Shown here one piece after another: positions 50,769-64,000 of a DNA stretch of 64,000 nt. The notes under the pieces were generated by a model. The model did not search any database, was not told the origin of the DNA, and worked only from the letters and a program-made list of their open reading frames with translations. Position 1 is the stretch's first letter. Every line of letters begins with the position of its first letter. Source of the DNA: Antedon mediterranea. Its lineage: Eukaryota > Animalia > Echinodermata. The stretch spans positions 10,478,001-10,542,000 of the forward strand of contig NC_092680.1 of NCBI RefSeq assembly GCF_964355755.1. Reading direction: 5' to 3'. Made by a program: the position numbers and the translations under genes.

Positions 50769-52831
50769 TATATCTCTCTCTCGCTGATCTATCTCTCTCT
50801 CGCTGATATATCTCTCTCTCGCTGATCTATCTCTCTCTCGCTGATCTATCTCTCTCTCGCTGATCTATCTCTATCTCGCTGATCTATCTCTCTCTCGCTG
50901 ATCTATCTCTATCTCGCTGATCTATCTCTCTCTCGCTGATCTATCTCTCTCTTGCTGATCTATCTCTCTCTCTCGCTGATCTATCTCTCTCTCGCTGATC
51001 TATCTCTCTCTCGCTGATCTATCTCTCTCGCTGATCTATCTCTCTCTCGCTGATCTATCTCTCTCTAGCTGATTTATCTCCCTCTCGCTGATCTGTCTCT
51101 CTCTTGCTGATCTATCTCTCTCTCGCTGATCTATCCCTCTCTCGCTGATCTATCTATCTCTCGCTGATCTATCTGTGTCTCGCTGATCTATCTCTCTCTC
51201 GCTGATCTATCGCTCTCTCGCTGATTTATCTCTCTCTCGCTGATCTATCGCTCTCTCGCTGATCTATCTCTCTCTCGCTGATCTATCTCTCTCTCGCTGA
51301 TCTGTCTCTCTCTCGCTGATCTATCCCTCTCTCGCTGATCTATCTCTATCTCTCTCGCTGATCTATCTGTGTCTCGCTGATCTATCTCTCTCTCGCTGAT
51401 CTATCTGTGTCTCGCTGATCTATCTCCCTCTCGCTGATCTATCTCTCTCCCGCTGATCTATCTCTCTCTCGCTGATCTGTCTCTCTCTCGCTGATCTATC
51501 GCTCTCTCGCTGATCTATCTCTCTCTCGCTGATCTATCTCTCTCTCGCTGATCTGTCTCTCTCTCGCTGATCTATCCCTCTCTCGCTGATCTATCTCTAT
51601 CTCTCTCGCTGATCTATCTGTGTCTCGCTGATCTATCTCTCTCTCGCTGATCTATCTGTGTCTCGCTGATCTATCTCCCTCTCGCTGATCTATCTCTCTC
51701 CCGCTGATCTATCTCTCTCGCTGATCTATCTGTGTCTCGCTGATATATCTCTCTATCTCTCGCTGATCTATCTCTCTCGCTGATCTATCTCTATCTCGCT
51801 GATCTATCTGTGTCTCGCTGATCTATCTCCCTCTCGCTGATCTATCTCTCTCCCGCTGATCTATCTCTCTCTCGCTGATCTATCTCTCTCTCGCTGATCT
51901 ATCGCTCTCTCGCTGATCTATCTCTCTCTCGCTGATCTATCTCTCTCTCGCTGATCTGTCTCTCTCTCGCTGATCTATCCCTCTCTCGCTGATCTATCTC
52001 TATCTCTCTCGCTGATCTATCTGTGTCTCGCTGATCTATCTCTCTCTCGCTGATCTATCTGTGTCTCGCTGATCTATCTCCCTCTCGCTGATCTATCTCT
52101 CTCCCGCTGATCTATCTCTCTCGCTGATCTATCTGTGTCTCGCTGATATATCTCTCTATCTCTCGCTGATCTATCTCTCTCGCTGATCTATCTCTATCTC
52201 GCTGATCTATCTCTCTGTCGCTGATCTATCTCTCTCTCTCGCTGATCTATATCTCTCTCGCTGATCTATCTCTCTCTCTCGCTGATCTATCTCTCTCTCT
52301 CACTGATCTATCTATCTCTCTGTCACTGATCTATCTCTCTCTCGCTGATCTATCTCTCTCTCGCTGATCTATCTCTCTCTCGCTGATCTGTCTCTCTGTC
52401 GCTGATCTATCTCTCTCTCGCTAATCTATCTCTCTGTCGCTGATCTATCTCTCTCTCGCTTATCTATCTCTCTCTCGCTGATCTATCTCTCTCTCGCTGA
52501 TATATCTCTCTCTCTCGCTGATCTATCTCTCTCTCGCTGATATATCTCTCTCTCTCTCGCTGATCTATCTCTCTCTCGCTGATCTATCTCTATCTCGCTG
52601 ATCTATCTCTCTCTCGCTGATCTATCTCTCTCTCGCTGATCTATCTCTCTCTCGCTGATCTATATCTCTCTCGCTGATCTATCTCTCTCTCGCTGATCTA
52701 TCTCTCTCTCGCTGATCTATCTCTCTCGCTGATCTATCTCTCTCTCGCTGATCTATCTCTCTCTAGCTGATTTATCTCTCTCTCGCTGATCTGTCTCTCT
52801 CTTGCTGATCTATCTCTCTCTCGCTGATCTA

Positions 52832-52862
<31 letters not shown>

Positions 52863-55800
52863 TTTATCTCTCTCTCGCTGATCTATCTCTCTCTCGTTGA
52901 TCTATCTCTCTCTCTCGCTGATCTATCTCTCTCTTGCAGATCTCTCTCTCTCTCTCTCGCTGATCTATCTCTCTCTCGCTGATCTATCTCTCTCTCACTG
53001 ATCTATCTCTCTGTCGCTGATCTATCTCTCTCTCGCTGATCTATATCTCTCTCGCTGATCTATCTCTCTCTCTCGCTGATCTATCTCTCTCTCGCTGATC
53101 TATCTATCTCTCTGTCGCTGATCTATCTCTCTCTCGCTGATCTATCTCTCTGTCGTTGATCTATCTCTCTCTCGCTGATCTGTCTCTCTGTCGCTGATCT
53201 ATCTCTCTCTCGCTAATCTATCTCTCTGTCGCTGATCTATCTCTCTCTCGCTGATCTATCTCTCTCTCGCTGATCTATCTATCTCTCGCTGATCTATCTC
53301 TCTCTCGCTGATATATCTCTCTCTTGCTGATCTATCTCTCTCTCGCTGATCTATCTCTCTCTCTCGATGATCTATCTCTATCTCGCTGATCTATCTCTCT
53401 CTCGCTGATCTATCTCTATCTCGCTGATCTATCTATCTCTCTCGCTGATCTATCTCTCTCTCGCTGATCTATCTCTCTCTTGCTGATCTATCTCTCTCTC
53501 TTGCTGATCTATCTCTCTCTCGCTGATCTATCTCTCTCTCGCTGATCTATCTCTCTCTCGCTGATCTATCTCTCTCTCGCTGATCTATCTCTCTCTCGCT
53601 GATCTATCTCTCTCTCTCAATGATCTATCTCTCTCTCGCTGATCTATCTCTCTCTCACTGATCTATCTGTGTCTCGCTGATCTATCTCTCTCTCGCTGAT
53701 CTATCTTTCTCTAGCTGATTTATCTCCCTCTCGCTGATCTATCTCTCTCTCTCGCTGATCTATCTCTCTCTTGCTGATCTATCTCTCTCTCGCTGATCTA
53801 TCTCTCTCTCTCTCTCTCGCTGATCTATCTCTCTCTCGCTGATCTATCTCTCTCTCGTTGATCTATCTCTCTCTCTCGCTGATCTATCTCTCTCTCGCTG
53901 ATCTCTCTCTCTCTCTCTCGCTGATCTATCTCTCTCTCGCTGATCTATCTCTCTCTCACTGATCTATCTCTCTGTCGCTGATCTATCTCTCTCTCGCTGA
54001 TCTATATCTCTCTCGCTGATCTATCTCTCTCTCTCACTGATCTATCTCTCTCTCGCTGATCTATCTATCTCTCTGTCGCTGATCTATCTCTCTCTCGCTG
54101 ATCTATCCCTCTGTCGTTGATCTATCTCTCTCTCGCTGATCTGTCTCTCTTTCGCTGATCTATCTCTCTCTCGCTAATCTATCTCTCTGTCGCTGATCTA
54201 TCTCTCTCTCGCTTATCTATCTCTCTCTCGCTGATCTATCTCTCTCTCGCTGAACTATCTCTCTCTCGCTGATCTATCTCTCTCTAGCTGATATATCTCT
54301 CTCTTGCTGATCTATCTCTCTCTCGCTGATCTATCTCTCTCTCGCTGATCTATCTCTATCTCGCTGATCTATCTCTCTCTCGCTGATCTATCTCTATCTC
54401 GCTGATCTATCTCTCTCTCTCGCTGATCTATCTCTCTCTCGCTGATCTATCTCTCTCTCGCTGATCTATCTCTCTCTCTCGCTGATCTATCTCTATCTCG
54501 CTGATCTATCTCTCTCTCGCTGATCTATCTCTCTCTCGCTGATCTATCTCTCTCTCGCTGATCTATCTCTCTCTAGCTGATTTATCTCCCTCTCGCTGAT
54601 ATATCTCTCTCTCGCTGATCTATCTCTCTCTTGCTGATCTATCTCTCTCTCGCTGATCTCTCTCTCTCTCTTTCTCTCTCTCTCGCTGATCTATCTCTCT
54701 CTCGCTGATCTATCTCTCTCTCGTTGATCTATCTCTCTCTCTCGCTGATCTATCTCTCTCTCGCTGATCTCTCTCTCTCTCGCTGATCTATCTCTCTCTC
54801 TCGCTGATCTATCTCTCTCGCTGATCTATCTCTCTCTCGCTGATCTATCTCTCTCTCTCTCGCTGATCTATCTCTCTCACGCTGATCTATCTCTCTCTCT
54901 CGCTGATCTATCTCTCTCTCGCTGATCTATCTCTCTCTCTCGCTGATCTATCTCTCTCTCTCGCTGATCTATCTCTCTCTCGCTGATCTATCGCTCTCTC
55001 GCTGATCTATATCTCTCTCGCTGATCTATCCCTCTCTCGCTGATCTATCTCTCTCTCGTTGATCTATCTCTCTCTCGCTGATCTATCTCTCTCTCGCTGA
55101 TCTATCCTTCTCTCGCTGATCTATCCCTCTCTCGCTGATCTATCTCTCTCTCGCTGATCTATCCCTCTCTCGCTGATCTATCCCTCTCTCGCTGATCTAT
55201 CTGTGTCTTGCTGATCTATCTCTCTCTTGCTGATCTAACTCTCTCTCGCTGATCTATCTCTCTCTCGCTGATCTATCTGTGTCTCTCTGATCTATCTCTC
55301 TCTCGCTGATATCCATCTCTCTGTCGCTTTTCTATCTCTCTCTCGCTTATCTATCTCTCTCTCGCTGATCTATCTCTCTCTCGCTGATCTATCTCTCTCT
55401 CGCTGATATATCTCTTTCTTGCTGATCTATCTCTCTCTCGCTGATCTATCCCTCTCGCTGATCTATCTCTATCTCGCTGATCTATCTCTATCTCGCTGAT
55501 CTATCTCTTTCTCGCTGATCTATCTTTCTCTCACTGATCTATCTCTCTCTCGCTGATCTATCTGTGTCTCGCTGATCTATCTCTCTCTCTCTCGCTGATC
55601 TAACTCTCTTTCGCTGATCTATCTCTCTCTCGCTGATCTATCTGTGTCTCGCTGATCTATCTCTCTCTCGCTGATCTATCTGTGTCTCGCTGATCTATCT
55701 CCCTCTCGCTGATCTATCTCTCTCTCGCTGATCTATCTCTCTCTCGCTGATCTATCTGTGTCTCGCTGATATATCTCTCTCTCTCTCGCTGATCTATCTC

Positions 55801-56499
55801 TCTCTCGCTGATCTATCTCTCTCGCTGATCTATCTCTCTCTCGCTCATCTATCTCTCTCTCGCTGATCTATCTCTCTGTCGCTGATCTATCTCTCTCTCG
55901 CTGATCTATATCTCTCTCGCTGATCTATCTCTCTCTCTCGCTGATCTATCTCTCTCTCGCTGATCTATCTATCTCTCTGTCGCTGATCTATCTCTCCCCC
56001 GCTGATCAATCTCTCTGTCGTTGATCTATCTCTCTCTCGCTGATCTGTCTCTCTGTCGCTGATCTATCTCTTTCTCGCTAATCTATCTCTCTGTCGCTGA
56101 TCTATCTCTTTCTCGCTTATCTATCTCTTTCTCGCTGATCTATCTCTCTCTCGCTGATCTATCTCTTTCTCGCTGATCTATCTCTCTCTCGCTGATATAT
56201 CTCTCTCTCGCTGATCTATCTCTCTCTCGCTGATCTATCTCTCTCTCGCTGATCTATCTCTATCTCGCTGATCTATCTCTCTCTCGCTGATCTATCTCTA
56301 TCTCGCTGATCTATCTCTCTCTCGCTAATCTATCTCTCTCTCTGATCTATCTCTCTCTCGCTGATCTATCTCTCTCTCTCGCTGATCTATCTCTCTCTCG
56401 CTGATCTATCTCTCTCTCGCTGATCTATCTCTCTCTAGCTGATTTATCTCCCTCTCGCTGATCTATCTCTTTCTCGCTGATCTATCTCTCTCTTGCTGA

Positions 56500-56577
<78 letters not shown>

Positions 56578-58505
56578 TCTCTCGCTGATCTATCTCTCTC
56601 TCGCTGATCTATCTCTCTCTCGTTGATCTATCTCTCTCTCTCGCTTATCTATCTCTCTCTCGCTGATCTCTCTCTCTCTCTCTCGCTGATCTATCTCTCT
56701 CTCGCTGATCTATCTCTCTCACGCTGATCTATCTCTCTCTCGCTGATCTATCTCTCTCTCTCTCTCTCTCTCGCTGATCTATCTCTCTCTCGCTGATCTA
56801 TCTCTCTTTCTCGCTGATCTATCTCTCTCTCGCTGATCTATCTCTCTCTCGCTGATCTATCTCTCTCTCGCTGATATATCTCTCTCTCGCTGATCTATCT
56901 CTCTCTCCCTGATCTATCTCTCTCTCGCTGATCTATCGCTCTCTCGCTGATCTATCTCTCTCTCTCGCTGATCTATCTCTCTCTCGCGGATCTATCTCTC
57001 TCTCTCTCTGATCTATCTCTCTCTCGCTGATCTATTCCTCTCTCGCTGATCTATCTCTCTCTCGCTGATCTATCCCTCTCTTGCTGATCTATCTCTCTCT
57101 CGCTGATCTATCCCTCTCTCGCTGATCTATCTCTCTCTCGCTGATCTATCTGTGTCTTGCTGATCTATCTCTCTCTCGCTGATCTATCTGTGTCTCGCTG
57201 ATCTATCTCTCTCTCGCTGATCTAACTCTCTCTCGCTGATCTATCTCTCTCTCTCACTGATCTATCTGTGTCTCTCTGATCTATCTCTCTCTCGCTGATA
57301 TCCATCTCTCTGTCGCTTATCTATCTCTCTCTCGCTTATCTTTCTCTATCTCGCTGATCTATCTCTCTCTCGCTGATCTATCTCTCTCTCGCTGATATAT
57401 CTCTCTCTTGCTGATCTATCTCTCTCTCGCTGATCTATCTCTCTCGCTGATCTATCTCTATCTCGCTGATCTATCTCTCTCTCGCTGATCTATCTCTCTC
57501 TCGCTGATCTATCCCTCTCTCGCTGATATATCTCTCTCTCGCTGATCTATCTCTCTCTCGCTGATCTATCTCTCTCTCGCTGATCTATCGCTCTCTTGCT
57601 GATCTATCTCTCTCTCTCGCTGATCTATCTCTCTCTCGCGGATCTATCTCTCTCTCTCTCTCTGATCTATCTCTCTCTCGCTGATCTATCCCTCTCTCGC
57701 TGATCTATCTCTCTCTCGCTGATCTATCCCTCTCTTGCTGATCTATCTCTCTCTCGCTGATCTATCCCTCTCTCGCTGATCTATCTCTCTCTCGCTGATC
57801 TATCTGTGTCTTGCTGATCTATCTCTCTCTCGCTGATCTATCTGTGTCTCGCTGATCTATCTCTCTCTCGCTGATCTAACTCTCTCTCGCTGATCTATCT
57901 CTCTCTCTCGCTGATCTATCTGTGTCTCTCTGATCTATCTTTCTCTCGCTGATATCCATCTCTCTGTCGCTTATCTATCTCTCTCTCGCTTATCTATCTC
58001 TATCTCGCTGATCTATCTCTCTCTCGCTGATCTATCTCTCTCTCGCTGATATATCTCTCTCTTGCTGATCTATCTCTCTCTCGCTGATCTATCTCTCTCG
58101 CTGATCTATCTCTATCTCGCTGATCTATCTCTCTCTCGCTGATCTATCTCTCTCTCGCTGATCTATCCCTCTCTCGCTGATCTATCTCTCTCTCGCTGAT
58201 CTATCTGTGTCTTGCTGATCTATCTCTCTCTTGCTGATCTATCTCTCTCTCGCTTATCTATCTCTATCTCGCTGATCTATCTCTCTCTCGCTGATATATC
58301 TCTCTCTTGCTGATCTATCTCTCTCTCTCTGATCTATCTCTCTCTCGCTGATCTATCTCTCTCTCTCGCTGATCTATCTCTCTCTCACTGATCTATCTCT
58401 CTCTCGCTGATCTATCTCTCTCTCGCTGATCTATCTCTCTCTAGCTGATTTATCTCCCTCTCGCTGATCTATCTCTCTCTCGCTGATCTATCTCTCTCTT
58501 GCTGA

Positions 58506-58546
<41 letters not shown>

Positions 58547-61500
58547 TCTATCTCTCTCTCACTGATCTATCTCTCTCTCGTTGATCTATCTCTCTCTCTC
58601 GCTGATCTATCTCTCTCTCGCTGATCTCTCTCTCTCTCTCTCTCGCTGATCTATCTCTCTCTCGCTGATCTATCTCTCTCACGCTGATCTATCTCTCTCT
58701 CGCTGATCTATCTCTCTCTCTCTCTCTCTCGCTGATCTATCTCTCTCTCGCTGATCTATCTCTCTTTCTCGCTGATCTATCTCTCTCTCGCTGATCTATC
58801 TCTCTCTCGCTGATCTATCTCTCTCTCGCTGATATATCTCTCTCTCACTGATCTATCTCTCTCTCGCTGATCTATCTCTCTCTCGCTGATCTATCGCTCT
58901 CTCGCTGATCTATCTCTCTCTCTCGCTGATCTATCTCTCTCTCGCGGATCTATCTCTCTCTCTCTCTGATCTATCTCTCTCTCGCTGATCTATCCCTCTC
59001 TCGCTGATCTATCTCTCTCTCGCTGATCTATCCCTCTCTTGCTGATCTATCTCTCTCTCGCTGATCTATCCCTCTCTCGCTGATCTATCTCTCTCTCGCT
59101 GATCTATCTGTGTCTTGCTGATCTATCTCTCTCTCGCTGATCTATCTGTGTCTCGCTGATCTATCTCTCTCTCTCGCTGATCTAACTCTCTCTCGCTGAT
59201 CTATCTCTCTCTCTCGCTGATCTATCTGTGTCTCTCTGATCTATCTCTCTCTCGCTGATATCCATCTCTCTGTCGCTTATCTATCTCTCTCTCGCTTATC
59301 TATCTCGATCTCGCTGATCTATCTCTCTCTCGCTGATCTATCTCTCTCTCGCTGATATATCTCTCTCTTGCTGATCTATCTCTCTCTCGCTGATCTATCT
59401 CTCTCGCTGATCTATCTCTATCTCGCTGATCTATCTCTCTCTCGCTGATTTATCCCTCTCTCGCTGATATATCTCTCTCTCGCTGATCTATCTCTCTCTC
59501 GCTGATCTATCTCTCTCTCGCTGATCTATCGCTCTCTTGCTGATCTATCTCTCTCTCTCGCTGATCTATCTCTCTCTCGCGGATCTATCTCTCTCTCTCT
59601 CTCTGATCTATCTCTCTCTCGCTGATCTATCCCTCTCTCGCTGATCTATCTCTCTCTCGCTGATCTATCCCTCTCTTGCTGATCTATCTCTCTCTCGCTG
59701 ATCTATCCCTCTCTCGCTGATCTATCTCTCTCTCGCTGATCTATCTGTGTCTTGCTGATCTATCTCTCTCTCGCTGATCTATCTGTGTCTCGCTGATCTA
59801 TCTCTCTCTCGCTGATCTAACTCTCTCTCGCTGATCTATCTCTCTCTCTCGCTGATCTATCTGTGTCTCTCTGATCTATCTTTCTCTCGCTGATATCCAT
59901 CTCTCTGTCGCTTATCTATCTCTCTCTCGCTTATCTATCTCTATCTCGCTGATCTATCTCTCTCTCGCTGATCTATCTCTCTCTCGCTGATATATCTCTC
60001 TCTTGCTGATCTATCTCTCTCTCGCTGATCTATCTCTCTCGCTGATCTATCTCTATCTCGCTGATCTGTCTCTCTCTCGCTGATCTATCTCTCTCTCGCT
60101 GATCTATCCCTCTCTCGCTGATCTATCTCTCTCTCGCTGATCTATCTGTGTCTTGTTGATCTATCTCTCTCTTGCTGATCTATCTCTCTCTCGCTTATCT
60201 ATCTCTATCTCGCTGATCTATCTCTCTCTCGCTGATCTATCTCTCTCTCGCTGATATATCTCTCTCTTGCTGATCTATCTCTCTCTCGCTGATCTATCTC
60301 TCTCGCTGATCTATCTCTATCTCGCTGATCTATCTCTCTCTCGCTGATCTATCTCTATCTCGCTGATCTATCTCTCTCTCGCTGGTCTATCTCTCTCTCG
60401 CTGATCTATCTCTCTCTCGCTGATCTATCTCTCCCTCTCACTGATCTATCTCCCTCTCGCTGATCTATCTCTCTCGCTGATCTATCTCTTTCTCGCTCAT
60501 CTATCTCTCTCTCGCTGATCTATCTCTCTGTCGCTGATCTATCTCTCTCTCGCTGATCTATATCTCTCTCGCTGATCTCTCTCTCTCGTTGATCTATCTT
60601 TCTCTCGCTCATCTATCTCTCTCTCGCTGATCTATCTCTCTGTCGCTGATCTATCTCTCTCTCGCTGATCTATATCTCTCTCGCTGATCTCTCTCTCTCT
60701 CGCTGATCTATCTCTCTCTCGCTGATATATCTCTCTCTCGCTGATCTATCTCTCTCTCGCTGATCTATCTCTCTCTCTCTCTCGCTGATCTATCTCTCTC
60801 TCGCTGATCTATCTCTCTCTCTCTCGCTGATCTATCTCTCTCTCGCTGATCTATCTCTCTCTCGCATATCTATCTCTCTCTCGCTGATATATCTCTCTCT
60901 CGCTGATCTATCTCTCTCTCGCTGATCTATCTCTCTCTCGCTGATCTATCGCTCTCTCGCTGATCTATCTCTCTCTCTCGCTGATCTATCTCTCTCTCGC
61001 GGATCTATCTCTCTCTTTCTCTGATCTATCTCTCTCTTGCTGATCTATCTCTCTCTCGCTGATCTATCTCTCTTTCTCGCTGATCTATCTCTCTCTCGCT
61101 GATCTATCTCTCTCTCGCTGATATATCTCTCTCTCGCTGATCTATCTCTCTCTCGCTGATCTATCTCTCTCTCGCTGATCTATCGCTCTCTCGCTGATCT
61201 ATCTCTCTCTCTCGCTGATCTATCTCTCTCTCGCGGATCTATCTCTCTCTCTCTCTGATCTATCTCTCTCTCGCTGATCTATCCCTCTCTCGCTGATCTA
61301 TCTCTCTCTCGCTGATCTATCCCTCTCTTGCTGATCTATCTCTCTCTCGCTGATCTATCCCTCTCTCGCTGATCTATCTCTCTCTCGCTGATCTATCTGT
61401 GTCTTGCTGATCTATCTCTCTCTCGCTGATCTATCTGTGTCTCGCTGATCTATCTCTCTCTCTCGCTGATCTAACTCTCTCTCGCTGATCTATCTCTCTC

Positions 61501-64000
61501 TCTCGCTGATCTATCTGTGTCTCTCTGATCTATCTCTCTCTCGCTGATATCCATCTCTCTGTCGCTTATCTATCTCTCTCTCGCTTATCTATCTCGATCT
61601 CGCTGATCTATCTCTCTCTCGCTGATCTATCTCTCTCTCGCTGATATATCTCTCTCTTGCTGATCTATCTCTCTCTCGCTGATCTATCTCTCTCGCTGAT
61701 CTATCTCTATCTCGCTGATCTATCTCTCTCTCGCTGATTTATCCCTCTCTCGCTGATATATCTCTCTCTCGCTGATCTATCTCTCTCTCGCTGATCTATC
61801 TCTCTCTCGCTGATCTATCGCTCTCTTGCTGATCTATCTCTCTCTCTCGCTGATCTATCTCTCTCTCGCGGATCTATCTCTCTCTCTCTCTCTGATCTAT
61901 CTCTCTCTCGCTGATCTATCCCTCTCTCGCTGATCTATCTCTCTCTCGCTGATCTATCCCTCTCTTGCTGATCTATCTCTCTCTCGCTGATCTATCCCTC
62001 TCTCGCTGATCTATCTCTCTCTCGCCGATCTATCTGTGTCTTGCTGATCTATCTCTCTCTCGCTGATCTATCTGTGTCTCGCTGATCTATCTCTCTCTCG
62101 CTGATCTAACTCTCTCTCGCTGATCTATCTCTCTCTCTCGCTGATCTATCTGTGTCTCTCTGATCTATCTTTCTCTCGCTGATATCCATCTCTCTGTCGC
62201 TTATCTATCTCTCTCTCGCTTATCTATCTCTATCTCGCTGATCTATCTCTCTCTCGCTGATCTATCTCTCTCTCGCTGATATATCTCTCTCTTGCTGATC
62301 TATCTCTCTCTCGCTGATCTATCTCTCTCGCTGATCTATCTCTATCTCGCTGATCTGTCTCTCTCTCGCTGATCTATCTCTCTCTCGCTGATCTATCCCT
62401 CTCTCGCTGATCTATCTCTCTCTCGCTGATCTATCTGTGTCTTGCTGATCTATCTCTCTCTTGCTGATCTATCTCTCTCTCGCTTATCTATCTCTATCTC
62501 GCTGATCTATCTCTCTCTCGCTGATCTATCTCTCTCTCGCTGATATATCTCTCTCTTGCTGATCTATCTCTCTCTCGCTGATCTATCTCTCTCGCTGATC
62601 TATCTCTATCTCGCTGATCTATCTCTCTCTCGCTGATCTATCTCTATCTCGCTGATCTATCTCTCTCTCGCTGGTCTATCTCTCTCTCGCTGATCTATCT
62701 CTCTCTCGCTGATCTATCTCTCCCTCTCACTGATCTATCTCCCTCTCGCTGATCTATCTCTCTCGCTGATCTATCTCTTTCTCGCTCATCTATCTCTCTC
62801 TCGCTGATCTATCTCTCTGTCGCTGATCTATCTCTCTCTCGCTGATCTATATCTCTCTCGCTGATCTCTCTCTCTCTCGTTGATCTATCTTTCTCTCGCT
62901 CATCTATCTCTCTCTCGCTGATCTATCTCTCTGTCGCTGATCTATCTCTCTCTCGCTGATCTATATCTCTCTCGCTGATCTCTCTCTCTCTCGCTGATCT
63001 ATCTCTCTCTCGCTGATATATCTCTCTCTCGCTGATCTATCTCTCTCTCGCTGATCTATCTCTCTCTCTCTCTCGCTGATCTATCTCTCTCTCGCTGATC
63101 TATCTCTCTCTCTCTCGCTGATCTATCTCTCTCTCGCTGATCTATCTCTCTCTCGCATATCTATCTCTCTCTCGCTGATATATCTCTCTCTCGCTGATCT
63201 ATCTCTCTCTCGCTGATCTATCTCTCTCTCGCTGATCTATCGCTCTCTCGCTGATCTATCTCTCTCTCTCGCTGATCTATCTCTCTCTCGCGGATCTATC
63301 TCTCTCTTTCTCTGATCTATCTCTCTCTTGCTGATCTATCTCTCTCTCGCTGATCTATCTCTCTTTCTCGCTGATCTATCTCTCTCTCGCTGATCTATCT
63401 CTCTCTCGCTGATATATCTCTCTCTCGCTGATCTATCTCTCTCTCGCTGATCTATCTCTCTCTCGCTGATCTATCGCTCTCTCGCTGATCTATCTCTCTC
63501 TCTCGCTGATCTATCTCTCTCTCGCGGATCTATCTCTCTCTCTCTCTGATCTATCTCTCTCTCGCTGATCTATCCCTCTCTCGCTGATCTATCTCTCTCT
63601 CGCTGATCTATCCCTCTCTTGCTGATCTATCTCTCTCTCGCTGATCTATCCCTCTCTCGCTGATCTATCTCTCTCTCGCTGATCTATCTGTGTCTTGCTG
63701 ATCTATCTCTCTCTCGCTGATCTATCTGTGTCTCGCTGATCTATCTCTCTCTCGCTGATCTAACTCTCTCTCGCTGATCTATCTCTCTCTCTCGCTGATC
63801 TATCTGTGTCTCTCTGATCTATCTCTCTCTCGCTGATATCCATCTCTCTGTCGCTTATCTATCTCTCTCTCGCTTATCTATCTCTATCTCGCTGATCTAT
63901 CTCTCTCTCGCTGATCTATCTCTCTCTCGCTGATATATCTCTCTCTTGCTGATCTATCTCTCTCTCGCTGATCTATCTCTCTCGCTGATCTATCTCTATC
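25149..64000 (+). repeat. 19-bp satellite, array segment 3, with kilobase-scale higher-order repeats
   Basis: Uninterrupted to the window end. Marker CCTCGATC at 26729, 29903, 33058, 35288, 35957, 37674, 38343, 40195, 40862, 44638 and 48958. Markers at 60381/62670 and 60864/63155 give a ~2.29-kb unit. Confidence 0.98.

Noticed and set aside
1-64000. CRISPR-like reading of the repeat (constant GCTGATCTATC plus variable part)
   Set aside because: The variable parts are short CT tracts, not unique spacers; no cas genes; eukaryotic TE context.

Overview
Eukaryotic, gene-free, heterochromatin-type window; the mobile element set suggests an animal, possibly a marine invertebrate (inference only). 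About 80% is one pyrimidine-rich tandem satellite, consensus 19-mer CGCTGATCTATCTCTCTCT with a variable (CT)n tract. It carries nested higher-order repeats of about 0.8, 1.36, 2.3-2.5 and 3.17 kb, plus a block repeated 48,847 bp away. A transposon island at 8.46-18.9 kb contains: (i) a minus-strand Penelope-like retroelement (RT + GIY-YIG) with an inverted partial pLTR and a minimal hammerhead ribozyme with a covariant A3-U8 core; (ii) a near full-length but disabled CR1/L2-group LINE that splits the Penelope ORF; (iii) a second, 5'-truncated CR1-like LINE, whose C-terminal codons are interrupted by (iv) a non-autonomous Helentron/DINE-1-like element with a duplicated 5' end. A separate 2,169-bp non-coding insertion (22,980-25,148) has CACAC...GTGTG ends, an AT target duplication and asymmetric bipartite ends resembling V(D)J recombination signals. 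All calls were made by eye; no database searches were run.
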